DNA of 64,000 nt from Calcarisporiella thermophila CBS 279.70 (taxonomy: Eukaryota; Fungi; Calcarisporiellomycota): positions 728,870 through 792,869 of the forward strand of contig NW_027192202.1 in NCBI RefSeq assembly GCF_041956535.1, read 5' to 3'. Below are positions 62,202 through 64,000 of the stretch, piece by piece. Position 1 is the stretch's first letter, and every line of letters begins with the position of its first letter. The notes below the pieces were generated by a model, which had not been told where the DNA came from, made no database searches, and saw nothing but the letters and a program-made list of their open reading frames with translations. Both the position numbers and the translations under genes were made by a program.

Positions 62202-64000
<1,799 letters not shown>

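Overview
Gene-dense, intron-rich eukaryotic DNA. It looks fungal and probably comes from an early-diverging, Mucoromycota-like lineage (inference from short 50-100 nt introns, a Zn2Cys6 regulator, and a LAMTOR5-like Ragulator subunit). I can support about 27 protein-coding genes, mostly housekeeping: APN1, SGT1, PAC1, ERG26, AOS1, LAMTOR5, a KUP/HAK K+ transporter, SAH1, an UNC93/NGT1-like MFS, heme oxygenase, class-3 lipase, a triple-START protein, MPH1, GDE1, rhomboid, ALG14, proteasome alpha1, mitochondrial L13, TRS20, CMS1, MPE1 and mitochondrial LeuRS. There is also one tRNA-Asn(GTT) and an N-gap at 28065-28546. I saw no transposon, CRISPR array or rRNA. Exon boundaries were assembled by eye and are approximate. 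Best leads for something undescribed: (1) a 55-nt tRNA-like hairpin with A/B boxes and a T7 run in a long intergenic region (23.6 kb); (2) a stem-rich ~370-nt intergenic element with two competing folds (12.3-12.7 kb); (3) a membrane-anchored protein with three START domains; (4) a recurring Homol-D-like promoter motif; (5) an unusually long UGUA-rich intron in MPE1; (6) two GC-AG introns with an atypical GCAAA donor. None of these is proven from sequence alone.
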